A stretch of 64,000 nt of DNA from an uncultured Gemmatimonadales bacterium (GTDB taxonomy: Bacteria > Gemmatimonadota > Gemmatimonadetes > Longimicrobiales > RSA9), in assembly GCA_963798845.1 (NCBI GenBank), contig CAWCUS010000002.1, forward strand, positions 736,001 to 800,000. The letters run 5' to 3'. A model generated the notes under the pieces. It saw only the letters and a program-made list of their open reading frames with translations, did no database searches and was not told the DNA's origin. Positions 39,359 through 47,543 of the stretch are shown piece after piece (positions within the stretch are counted from its first letter, which is position 1; every line of letters starts with the position of its first letter). The position numbers and the translations under genes are program-made.

Positions 39359-40444
39359 ATGACCGACACACCTCCCCGGACCCTCCTCGTCACCGGCGGC
39401 GCGGGCTTCATCGGCTCTTCGGTGGTCCGCCGGCTGATCCAGGAGACGCGGCATGGGTTGGTGGTGAACCTGGACGCGCTCACGTACGCGGCCAACCCGG
39501 ACTCGCTGCGGGACGTGGAGCGGAGCGACCGGTACGCGTTCGAGCGGGCGGACATCCGGGACCGGGAAGCGGTGCGCGGAGTGTTCGAGCGCCATCGCCC
39601 TGACGCGGTGCTGCACCTGGCCGCGGAGTCGCACGTGGACCGCTCCATCGATGCGCCCGGTGCGTTCATCGAGACGAACGTGTACGGCACCTACGTGATG
39701 CTGGAGGAGGCGAGGCGCCACTGGCTCCGGCTCGACGATGACGGCCGCGCGGGCTTCCGGTTCGTGCACGTGTCCACGGACGAGGTCTTCGGGTCGCTGG
39801 GGGCGGAGGGTAGATTCGCCCCGGACACCCCGTACGACCCCAGCTCGCCGTACTCCGCGACCAAGGCGGGCTCCGACCACCTGGCCCGGGCGTGGCAGCG
39901 GACCTTCGGGCTGCCCACGCTGGTCACCAACTGCTCCAACAACTACGGCCCGTTCCAGTTCCCCGAGAAGCTCATCCCGCTCATGATCCTGCGCGCGCTC
40001 GAGGGGCAGGAGCTGCCCGTCTACGGACGGGGCGAGAACGTCCGGGACTGGCTGCACGTGGACGACCACGCCGCCGCCCTGCTCCTGGCGCTGGAGCACG
40101 GCCAGCCGGGCGCCACTTACCTGTTCGGCGGACATGGCGAGCGTCGTAACCTGGACGTGGTGGAGCGGATCTGCGATCTGGTGGACGAGCTGGCGGGCGA
40201 GGAGCCGGCGGGGCCCCGGCGTCGCCTGATCCGGTTCGTGGAGGACCGGCCCGGACACGACCTCCGCTACGCCATCGACCCGGCCGAGGCGGAAGTGAAG
40301 CTCGGCTGGCGGCCACAGCGCAGCTTCGAGGCGGGGCTGCGGCAGACCGTCGCCTGGTACCTCGAGAACCGGTGGTGGTGGGAGCGGATCCGCTCGGGCG
40401 AGTACCGGGGCGAGCGACTCGGGCTGTCCGCGGAGGTGCGCTGA
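39359..40444 (+). CDS. rfbB: dTDP-glucose 4,6-dehydratase
   Basis: [63 protein letters not shown]. Confidence 0.97.
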   Translation: MTDTPPRTLLVTGGAGFIGSSVVRRLIQETRHGLVVNLDALTYAANPDSLRDVERSDRYAFERADIRDREAVRGVFERHRPDAVLHLAAESHVDRSIDAPGAFIETNVYGTYVMLEEARRHWLRLDDDGRAGFRFVHVSTDEVFGSLGAEGRFAPDTPYDPSSPYSATKAGSDHLARAWQRTFGLPTLVTNCSNNYGPFQFPEKLIPLMILRALEGQELPVYGRGENVRDWLHVDDHAAALLLALEHGQPGATYLFGGHGERRNLDVVERICDLVDELAGEEPAGPRRRLIRFVEDRPGHDLRYAIDPAEAEVKLGWRPQRSFEAGLRQTVAWYLENRWWWERIRSGEYRGERLGLSAEVR

Positions 40445-41331
40445 TGGCGAGGAAGGGGATCATCCTGGCGGGCGGATCGGGCACACGGCTGTACCCGATC
40501 ACGCGGGTGGTGAGCAAGCAGCTCCTCCCCGTGTTCGACAAGCCGATGGTCTACTACCCGCTGTCCACGCTCATGCTGGCCGGGATCCGGGACATCCTCG
40601 TCATCTCCACGCCCGACGACCTTCCCCGCTTCCGTGCGCTCCTGGGCGATGGCGGCGACTGGGGGCTCTCCTTCTCCTTCGCCGAGCAGCCGGCGCCGGA
40701 CGGGCTCGCGCAGGCGTTCACCATCGGACGGGACTTCATCGGCGACGACCCCGTCGCCCTCATCCTGGGCGACAACATCTTCTACGGCCACGGCCTCAGC
40801 CGCATCCTCCGCTCCGCAGCAGCCCGTGAGCACGGCGCCACCATCTTCGGCTACTACGTCCACGACCCGGAGCGCTACGGCGTGGCGGAGCTGGGCGAGG
40901 GCGGGGAAGTGGTCGGGATCGAGGAGAAGCCCGCGTCGCCCCGGTCGAGCTACGCGGTGACCGGGCTCTATTTCTACGACAATCGGGTGGTGGAGATCGC
41001 GGCCGGGCTGGAGAAGTCGGCGCGCGGGGAGTACGAGATCACCGACGTGAACCTGCACTACCTCCGGCACCGGGCGCTGCGCATGGAAGTCCTCGGGCGC
41101 GGCTTCGCCTGGCTCGACACCGGCACGCACGCATCGTTGCAGGACGCGTCCGCATTCATCGAGACCATCGAGGCCCGCCAGGGGTTGAAGGTGGCGGTGC
41201 CCGAGGAGATCGCATACCGCATGGGCTGGATCGACGCCGGGGGTCTGCGCGCGCTCGCGGAGCCGCTCCGCAGCAGCGGCTACGGCGAGTACCTGCTCGG
41301 CATCCTGGAGCGGCCGGCCCGATGGACGTGA
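40444..41331 (+). CDS. rfbA: Glucose-1-phosphate thymidylyltransferase
   Basis: [46 protein letters not shown]. Confidence 0.97.
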   Translation: MARKGIILAGGSGTRLYPITRVVSKQLLPVFDKPMVYYPLSTLMLAGIRDILVISTPDDLPRFRALLGDGGDWGLSFSFAEQPAPDGLAQAFTIGRDFIGDDPVALILGDNIFYGHGLSRILRSAAAREHGATIFGYYVHDPERYGVAELGEGGEVVGIEEKPASPRSSYAVTGLYFYDNRVVEIAAGLEKSARGEYEITDVNLHYLRHRALRMEVLGRGFAWLDTGTHASLQDASAFIETIEARQGLKVAVPEEIAYRMGWIDAGGLRALAEPLRSSGYGEYLLGILERPARWT

Positions 41332-41891
41332 CCGATCTGGCGCTGGACGGCGTCAGGCTCCTCCGGCCGCGCGTCTTCCGCGACGACCGCGGGTCCTTCC
41401 TCGAGACCTGGCGGCTGGAGCGCTACGCCGAGCACGGAATCCCCGGAACGTTCGTCCAGGACAATGCCGCAGTCTCCCGCCGGGGCGTCCTCCGGGGGCT
41501 GCACTACCAGTGGCCTGAGCCGCAGGGCAAGCTGGTCATGGTGCTCCACGGCGAGGCCTTCGACGTGGCCGTGGACCTGCGCCGTGGTTCCCCCACCTTC
41601 GGGCGCTGGGTCGGGGAGGTCCTGTCCGCCGGGAACGGCCACCAGATGTGGATCCCGGAAGGGTTCGCCCACGGATACGTGGCACTCTCCGACCTCGCCG
41701 TCTTCGCCTACAAGTGCACACGCCCCTACGTCCCCGAAGCCGACCGCGCCATCCGCTGGGACGACCCCGACATCGGCATCGAGTGGCCCATCACGGAGCC
41801 GGTCCTTTCGGACAAGGACGCGGGGGCGCCTCTCCTGGCGGACGTGCCCGGGGAGGCGCTTCCGGGACTTCCCCTCCACCCGGAGGCGTGA
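41322..41891 (+). CDS. rfbC: dTDP-4-dehydrorhamnose 3,5-epimerase
   Basis: DDRGSF, FVQDN, LRGLHYQ, QGKLV, DVAVDLR, GFAHG, YKC, LSDKD. Confidence 0.96.
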   Translation: MDVTDLALDGVRLLRPRVFRDDRGSFLETWRLERYAEHGIPGTFVQDNAAVSRRGVLRGLHYQWPEPQGKLVMVLHGEAFDVAVDLRRGSPTFGRWVGEVLSAGNGHQMWIPEGFAHGYVALSDLAVFAYKCTRPYVPEADRAIRWDDPDIGIEWPITEPVLSDKDAGAPLLADVPGEALPGLPLHPEA

Positions 41892-41934
41892 CACGAAGGG
41901 CTCGAAGGGTCGAAGAGTCGAAGGGAACGGAAGG
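41891..41934 (+). repeat. Tandem degenerate CGAAGGG repeats (period 8-9 nt, about 5 copies)
   Basis: CGAAGGG at 41894, 41903 and 41919; CGAAGAG at 41911; CGGAAGG at 41928. Confidence 0.6.
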
Positions 41935-41941
41935 ATGCAGC

Positions 41942-41973
41942 GGCGGGGCGGCCCGACAACGGACCGCCCCGCC
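41942..41973. terminator. GC-rich hairpin between convergent genes (probable terminator)
   Basis: Perfect 10-bp arms GGCGGGGCGG / CCGCCCCGCC. The minus-strand RNA forms a 14-bp stem with one G-U pair and a 4-nt loop. No strong U-tract. Confidence 0.6.
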
Positions 41974-42018
41974 ATGCTGGTTTACGCCCCCGGGGAGAGA
42001 GGATGGGCGCGCAGTCTC

Positions 42019-42876
42019 CTACCTGTTCTTTCCGCTCGCGTTGGGGTTGCCGTTGCCGCTGTCATGGTCGAACACCACCGTGCCCGTCCACACCGTGCTG
42101 TCGAAGCAGTTCGTCGCGGTGACCGTCACCACGTACGAATGCCCGTCGTCGTCACCGCCGAGCTTGTACGCCGCGAGCGCCAGCGTCTGGGACCAGCCGG
42201 CCCCCGACAGCGCCGCCACGGCGGCCGTGGCCACGTCCATGGCCGTGTACGGGGGGGACGCCGTCGTGTCATACTCGTCGTCCACGGCGTAGGTGAGCGA
42301 GGTGGTCAGGCCCGAGTCGTCGCCTTTCCAGTCCACCGTCCCCGAGAACGCGAGATCCAGGATGCTGTTCTGGTTGAGGTTGTAGTCCTTCCGCTCGATC
42401 TCGAACGGGAACGGCGCCGGCGCGACGATGGTCAGCAGCGGGGCTTCCGTCGCCCCGCACACCTCCGCCACCACCTCGCCATCCACGCCCACGCAGTCCG
42501 AGTACTGGCTCGAGTTGTCGCCCTGGCCGACCGGCGCCAGCGCCCTCACCTTCACGCACCAGTCGTTGGCGGACCACGGCTCCTCGAACGTGGCGGACGT
42601 CGCGGGCGTCTCCACCCGCTGCGTTCCGCCCGCGCCCTGGATCACCATCTCGTAGGCGTCGGCGCCGTCCACCGCCCCCCAGCCCGCCGTGCACCACCCC
42701 TCGTCCTGGCCGGCCGCAGGGCAGTCCACCGTGGGCCCCGCCGGCGTTTCCAGCTTGCCCTGCCTCGCCGACGCCAGCGCGGCGCCGTCCGGCACCACAA
42801 GGCTATCGGGCAGGTCCGTCGTTTCCCCGCACGCCGCCAGCACGACGATGAGCGGGAGGATCGGTAGTCTCCTCAT
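42019..42876 (-). CDS. Uncharacterised acidic lipoprotein with FN3-like and C-terminal Ig-like domains
   Basis: SD GGAGAGAGG before the ATG; MRRLPILPLIVVLAAC lipobox; FN3-like W.AVDGA..Y...VKVRA...SQYS; C-terminal DEY...GHSYVVTVTATN...VFDHD. Confidence 0.75.
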   Translation of the reverse strand: MRRLPILPLIVVLAACGETTDLPDSLVVPDGAALASARQGKLETPAGPTVDCPAAGQDEGWCTAGWGAVDGADAYEMVIQGAGGTQRVETPATSATFEEPWSANDWCVKVRALAPVGQGDNSSQYSDCVGVDGEVVAEVCGATEAPLLTIVAPAPFPFEIERKDYNLNQNSILDLAFSGTVDWKGDDSGLTTSLTYAVDDEYDTTASPPYTAMDVATAAVAALSGAGWSQTLALAAYKLGGDDDGHSYVVTVTATNCFDSTVWTGTVVFDHDSGNGNPNASGKNR

Positions 42877-42923
42877 GCTTCCTCTCTCCGAGAAGCGGGT
42901 CTCGCCGGCAGGCGCCGGCAGCA

Positions 42924-43010
42924 CCCTCTTCGGTAGCCCGGCCGCCTCCGCATGGGAGACCCGTGGCTTTGCGGACCGGCCTCGCGACCGGGGTGCCCTT
43001 TTCGGAAGGG
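42924..43010 (-). ncRNA. Cyclic di-GMP-I (GEMM-I) riboswitch aptamer
   Basis: Minus strand reads CCCUUCCGAAAAGGGCACC-CCGGUC-GCGA-GGCCGG-UCCGCAAAGCCACGGGUCUCCCAUGCGGAGGCGGCCGGGCUACCGAAGAGGG. It has a GNRA-capped P2, the GCAAAGCC junction, a P3 ending GGGCUACCG, and complementary P1 ends. It lies ~48 nt upstream of a same-strand ATG. Confidence 0.85.
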
Positions 43011-43170
43011 GCGGCGGCCATCATCGGCCGCCACGCGCGCCAGGTGGTGCGGGAAACGCGCCCGCGCGAGGGTGGCCTCGCCGTTACGCCTGAACACGCG
43101 GTCCCGCTTTCACTTGCGACGACGGCGTGGAACGGCCGGTGGCCCGGGCTGGCGCAATGTGTCTCATGTC

Positions 43171-43198
43171 GCGCCGTTCCCGTGTAGCGGAACGGCGC
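43171..43198. repeat. Perfect 10-bp inverted repeat in the divergent intergenic region
   Basis: GCGCCGTTCC-N8-GGAACGGCGC. Confidence 0.6.
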
Positions 43199-43261
43199 AG
43201 CGGCCGCCCGCGGGGAGCCGCCAGTGGCGACGGCGTGACGCGGCGCCGGGTACCGGCGGGT

Positions 43262-43290
43262 TTGAACGGCCGCGCCATTCCTGCTACCTT
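43262..43290 (+). promoter_or_regulatory. Putative sigma70 promoter for module C
   Basis: TTGAAC-N17-TACCTT with TGc immediately before the -10 (extended -10), ~190 nt upstream of the wzi ATG. Confidence 0.55.
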
Positions 43291-43478
43291 GCGCTCTTGT
43301 CGAAACGGGAGCCCGCCATCCCGCGCGGGATTCCCTCGAACCAGGCCAGCCGCGAGGCGAGCGCCTGGGAGAGTCCCGGGCTGCATCGGAAGCGCCCTGT
43401 GACCGAGAGGCCGGAGGCGCGTCCGGGGTGCGAGGGCGCTGTTCCCCGGCCCGACGCCATTCGGGAGAGCGAGCGGAG

Positions 43479-45011
43479 ATGCAGCTTCCTATCTCAGCAT
43501 TCGTCGCCCTGGCGCTCGTTCTCGCCGGGTCCGTTCCTGCGCCCGCCGGGGCCCAGGTCCGGGACGATGCCGGGCGCTTCGCGTCTCCGTTTCTTCCCGT
43601 CCACCACTGGGCCTTGGACGCGCTGCGCCGCCTGGACGCGATGGGGGCCGCACCGCCGGGATACGACCCGGCAACCGGCGCGCTGACGAGAGGGGAGGCG
43701 GCCCTGGCGCTCGAATTCGCGGCCGAAGCCGGCCACGGGGCTGTTGCGGCCATCGCCGGACAGTACCTCGCCCGCTTCGCCGAAGAGTTCCCGGTCACGG
43801 TGAGTGCGCTGGAGCAGCAGCGGGCCGAAGGCGCGGCCCTCCTCGGGGGCAGCATGGCGGGAGGGGCGGGCTTGAGGGAGGGCGTGGTGTCCACGGGGAA
43901 GAACACCGCCAACGGCTGGTCGGGGGCCGCGCCGGTTCCGGACCGGGCGGACGGCCTAATGGACGTCGAGCTGGCGGCCGCGGTGTTCCCGCACATGTCC
44001 GTCTCACTGTCGCCGCGGTGGGCCGCCGGGTCGGCCGGGGTGGAGAGCGGCGATGTGCAGGCGAGGGTGGCGACGGTCGGGCTATGGGCGGGGCGGCGGG
44101 CGCCTGCGTACCGGGCCGGTCGTGGTGGGGGAATCGTGCTCTCCGGGGCGGCCGCATTCGACGGTGGCGGCATGTTCCTCGCGGAGCCGCTCCGTCTGCC
44201 ATGGGTGTTCGGCGCGCTGGGACCGGTCGGGTTCGAGACGACGCTCGCCCGCGCCGCTCGCAACGGCGACGTGGCACACCCGTGGTTCTGGACCGCCAGG
44301 GGCACGGTCCACCCGCATCCGCGGCTTTCCATCGGCGTCACCCGGGCGGCGCTGATGGGTGGAGAAGGGAACCCCCCGCTCACGCTGCGGGCGCTGGCGT
44401 ACATGCTGGTCGGGAAGCACGACGGCGTGGACAGCCGGGTCGAGGACCAGGTGGTCTCGGTGGATCTGCGCTACCGTCCTCCACTTCCGATCCCGCTCTC
44501 GGTCTATTTCGAGTGGGGAGCGGAGGACAGCGCCGGGGCATGGTGGCAGGTGCCCGGACGGGTGGTGGGCATGCTGCTCCCCGCCTGGCCGGGCGCAACC
44601 TGGCTGTCGGCGGGGATGGAGCGCGCGGCATTCGCGGGCCACTGCTGCAGCAACCCGCCGTGGTACCGACACGGCTCGTTCCCGGCCGGGTGGTCCGCAG
44701 GAGGTGCGCCTCTCGGGCATCCACTCGGCGGCGAAGGAACGGAGTGGCGAGCGTATGGGGACGCGGATCTCCTCGGCGCCCGGGTGCGCCTGTCGGGCGA
44801 CGCGTTCGTCCGACACCGGGGTCCGGAGAACCTGTACGCACCCGAGCGGGAAGGGGCGAGCCGGGGTGTCCGTGTCGACGTCGCCTGGCGGCCGTGGGGC
44901 GGCCTGGAGCTGAACGCCAACGCCGAAGGCGAGAAGGCCGACGATTGGTCTCGCGCCACCGCGGCGATCACCGCCCGCCTGTTCTTCCCGCGCGTCTCGT
45001 TCGAGCCGTAG
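43479..45011 (+). CDS. wzi: Capsule assembly Wzi-family outer-membrane protein (second copy)
   Basis: Signal peptide ending AGAQ; HWALDALRRL; GIVLSG; SIGVTRAALMGG; DQVVSVD; YFEWGAED; PLGHPLGG. Confidence 0.75.
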   Translation: MQLPISAFVALALVLAGSVPAPAGAQVRDDAGRFASPFLPVHHWALDALRRLDAMGAAPPGYDPATGALTRGEAALALEFAAEAGHGAVAAIAGQYLARFAEEFPVTVSALEQQRAEGAALLGGSMAGGAGLREGVVSTGKNTANGWSGAAPVPDRADGLMDVELAAAVFPHMSVSLSPRWAAGSAGVESGDVQARVATVGLWAGRRAPAYRAGRGGGIVLSGAAAFDGGGMFLAEPLRLPWVFGALGPVGFETTLARAARNGDVAHPWFWTARGTVHPHPRLSIGVTRAALMGGEGNPPLTLRALAYMLVGKHDGVDSRVEDQVVSVDLRYRPPLPIPLSVYFEWGAEDSAGAWWQVPGRVVGMLLPAWPGATWLSAGMERAAFAGHCCSNPPWYRHGSFPAGWSAGGAPLGHPLGGEGTEWRAYGDADLLGARVRLSGDAFVRHRGPENLYAPEREGASRGVRVDVAWRPWGGLELNANAEGEKADDWSRATAAITARLFFPRVSFEP

Positions 45012-45042
45012 CGCCGGGTCCCGCAATCGATCGCGCACGCAC

Positions 45043-46509
45043 ATGAACACAGTACTGCGAATCAGGGAGACGGAGCGGCCTGGGCCGACAACGCCCCGGC
45101 TCGGCCGCGAGTTGCGGCGTCACCGGGACCTGCTGGGCCGGCGGCTCGGCAGCGATGTCCGGAGGCGAGCCGCCCGCGCCGGTCTGCTCCTTGGCGCGGA
45201 TGCCCTCGCGACCGCGCTCGGTGCGGCGCTCGTCGCCCGGGCCCTCGCGCCACCTTCCGGCACGGCGCTCGCCCCGCTCCCGTTGCTCGTCGCTCTCGTG
45301 CTGACCGGCCAGATCGCAGCGCGGACGTACGGTCCCATCCGTCGGGCGTGGAACCCCGAACGCGTGTGCGCGGGGCTCCTGCTCTCGTTCGCCATCCTCG
45401 TCGTGACCGGGTACGCCGAGCCCGACCTGCGACCCGCATGGACGCCCGCCCTGTTCCTCGGCGGCTTCCTCGCTGCCAGCCTGATCGCGGTCCGCTGGTC
45501 GCTCTCGCGCTTCGTGCGCGCGCTCTACCGCCGGGGGATCGGCGTGAAGAACGCGCTCGTCGTGGGTGCGCGCGAGGACGCCCGCGAGCTGGTGGAGCGC
45601 TTCCGCGCCGGGCGCACCGACGATGTCCGGGTGATCGGTCACCTGTCCGTCGACTCCGTGGCCGACCCGACCGCGATCGGCACCCTCTCGGAGCTGCGCG
45701 CGCTGATGGAGGCGCACGACGTGCGCAGCGTCATCGTGTCATCCCGGCTCCGGCCGGCGACGTTCCAGCAGCTCGTGGCCGAGTCCTTCGCCCACGGCGC
45801 CGCGGTCAGCATGGTCCCCTCCACCGTGACGGCGCTCCCGGCCCGGTTCGGGAGCCGGACCCTCTTCGGTTGGCCGGTGCTGGAGCTGCGTGTCCCCAGG
45901 CTCCACCTGGTCCAGCTGCTGTCGAAGCGGGTGCTCGACCTCGCCGGGTCGTTCGCCGCCCTCCTCCTCCTCGCCCCGTTCTGGATGGCGACGGCCCTGG
46001 CCGTCCGCCTCGAGGGTCGTCCCGTCCTGTTCCGGCAGACGCGCCTCGGCGTGGGGGGCCGGCCGTTCACGATCTACAAGTTCCGGAGCATGCGTCCGGA
46101 CGCGGAAGCGCTGCTCCGGGACGACGAGGTGCTGCACCGGAAGTACCTGGACAACGACTACAAGCTGCCCGCGGCGGAGGACCCGCGCATCTCGCGGCTC
46201 GGCCGCGTCATCCGGCGCACCAGCCTGGACGAGCTGCCTCAGCTCTTCAACGTCCTCAAGGGGGACATGTCGCTGGTCGGGCCCCGCCCCATCGTGCCGG
46301 ACGAGATCCGGGAATACGGCGAGGAGGCGCACACGTTCCTGGCGGTGAGGCCCGGGATCACCGGGTGGTGGCAGGTCAACGGTCGGAGCGAGGTCTGCTA
46401 CCCGGAGCGCGCCGAGCTGGACATGGCGTACGTGGACGGGTGGTCGGTCCTCCTGGACCTCAAGATCCTGGCGATGACGCTTCCGCGAATCCTGCGCGGC
46501 GCGCATTGA
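45043..46509 (+). CDS. Priming undecaprenyl-phosphate glycosylphosphotransferase (WcaJ/WbaP-type)
   Basis: N-terminal TMs, ALVVGA, KRVLD, FRQTRLG, KFRSM, DPRI, TSLDELPQLFNVLKGDMSLVGPRP, RPGITGWWQV. Confidence 0.93.
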   Translation: MNTVLRIRETERPGPTTPRLGRELRRHRDLLGRRLGSDVRRRAARAGLLLGADALATALGAALVARALAPPSGTALAPLPLLVALVLTGQIAARTYGPIRRAWNPERVCAGLLLSFAILVVTGYAEPDLRPAWTPALFLGGFLAASLIAVRWSLSRFVRALYRRGIGVKNALVVGAREDARELVERFRAGRTDDVRVIGHLSVDSVADPTAIGTLSELRALMEAHDVRSVIVSSRLRPATFQQLVAESFAHGAAVSMVPSTVTALPARFGSRTLFGWPVLELRVPRLHLVQLLSKRVLDLAGSFAALLLLAPFWMATALAVRLEGRPVLFRQTRLGVGGRPFTIYKFRSMRPDAEALLRDDEVLHRKYLDNDYKLPAAEDPRISRLGRVIRRTSLDELPQLFNVLKGDMSLVGPRPIVPDEIREYGEEAHTFLAVRPGITGWWQVNGRSEVCYPERAELDMAYVDGWSVLLDLKILAMTLPRILRGAH

Positions 46510-46552
46510 GCGGGCCGGCAAGCACGCCAGGACGATGACGGGAGACCCCTCG

Positions 46553-47539
46553 ATGAGCGGAAGAAGGACCGCGCTGGTCTGTGGCGCCGGCGGCTTCGTA
46601 GGCGGCCACATGGTCCGCCGCCTCGAGGCCGAGGGGTACCGGGTCGTGGGCGTGGACATCAAGCAGCACGAGTTCATGGACACGGGCGCCGACCGGTTCG
46701 TGGTGGGCGACCTCCGCGACCCGCACCTGTGCCGCGCCGTGATCGATCGCCCCTTCGACGAGGTGTACCAGTTCGCCGCCGACATGGGCGGCGCCGGCTT
46801 CGTCTTCTCGGGCGAGCACGACGCCGACATCATGCACAACTCCGCGCTCATCAACCTCAATGTGATCGAGGCCGCGCACGTGGCCGGCGTGCGCAAGGTG
46901 TTCTACTCCTCCTCCGCGTGCATGTACCCGGAGCACGCGCAGACCGACACCGCCAACCCAGGCCTGAGCGAGGACATGGCGTACCCCGCCTCGCCGGACA
47001 GCGACTACGGCTGGGAGAAGCTGTTCAGCGAGCGGCTCTACCTGGCGTTCGCCCGCAACTACGGCATGGACGTGAGGATCGCACGCTTCCACAACGTCTT
47101 CGGACCGTACGGCTCCTGGGGCGACGGGCGCGAGAAGGCCCCCGCCGCCTTCTGCCGCAAGGTCGCCGAGACGCCCGACGGCGGCGAGATCGAGATGTGG
47201 GGTGACGGCGAGCAGACCCGCAGCTTCCTCTACATCGACGACTGCCTCGAAGGCGTCCGCCGCCTCGTCGCCTCCGACTTCGCCGCCCCCGTCAACATCG
47301 GCTCGGAAGAGATGGTCTCCATCAACCAGCTCGCCCGAATGGTCATGGAGATCGCCGGCAAGGAGCAGACGATCCGGCACGTCCCCGGCCCGCTCGGCGT
47401 CCGCGGCCGAAAATCAAACAACGACCTCGCGCGCGAGAAGCTGGGGTGGGAGCCGCGAGTCCGTCTCCGGGAAGGGCTGGAGCGGACGTACGCCTGGGTG
47501 GCGGCGCAGGTCACGGACACCCTCGTCGAGGCGGGCTGA
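46553..47539 (+). CDS. GDP-mannose 3,5-epimerase (GME)-like extended SDR
   Basis: GAGGFVG, AADMGGAGF, YSSSACMYP, YGWEK, RFHNVFGP, GREKAPAAFCRK, WGDGEQTRSF, GPLGVRGR. Start could be 46535. Confidence 0.85.
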   Translation: MSGRRTALVCGAGGFVGGHMVRRLEAEGYRVVGVDIKQHEFMDTGADRFVVGDLRDPHLCRAVIDRPFDEVYQFAADMGGAGFVFSGEHDADIMHNSALINLNVIEAAHVAGVRKVFYSSSACMYPEHAQTDTANPGLSEDMAYPASPDSDYGWEKLFSERLYLAFARNYGMDVRIARFHNVFGPYGSWGDGREKAPAAFCRKVAETPDGGEIEMWGDGEQTRSFLYIDDCLEGVRRLVASDFAAPVNIGSEEMVSINQLARMVMEIAGKEQTIRHVPGPLGVRGRKSNNDLAREKLGWEPRVRLREGLERTYAWVAAQVTDTLVEAG

Positions 47540-47543
47540 GCCC

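Noticed and set aside
41891..41934. CRISPR or mini-array
   Set aside because: The units are 7-9 nt with no unique spacers, and there are no cas genes in the window.
42803..44404. 533-aa minus-strand ORF and small ORFs across the 42877-43478 intergenic region
   Set aside because: They are low-complexity translations that overlap wzi antisense and the riboswitch. The region is better explained as regulatory.
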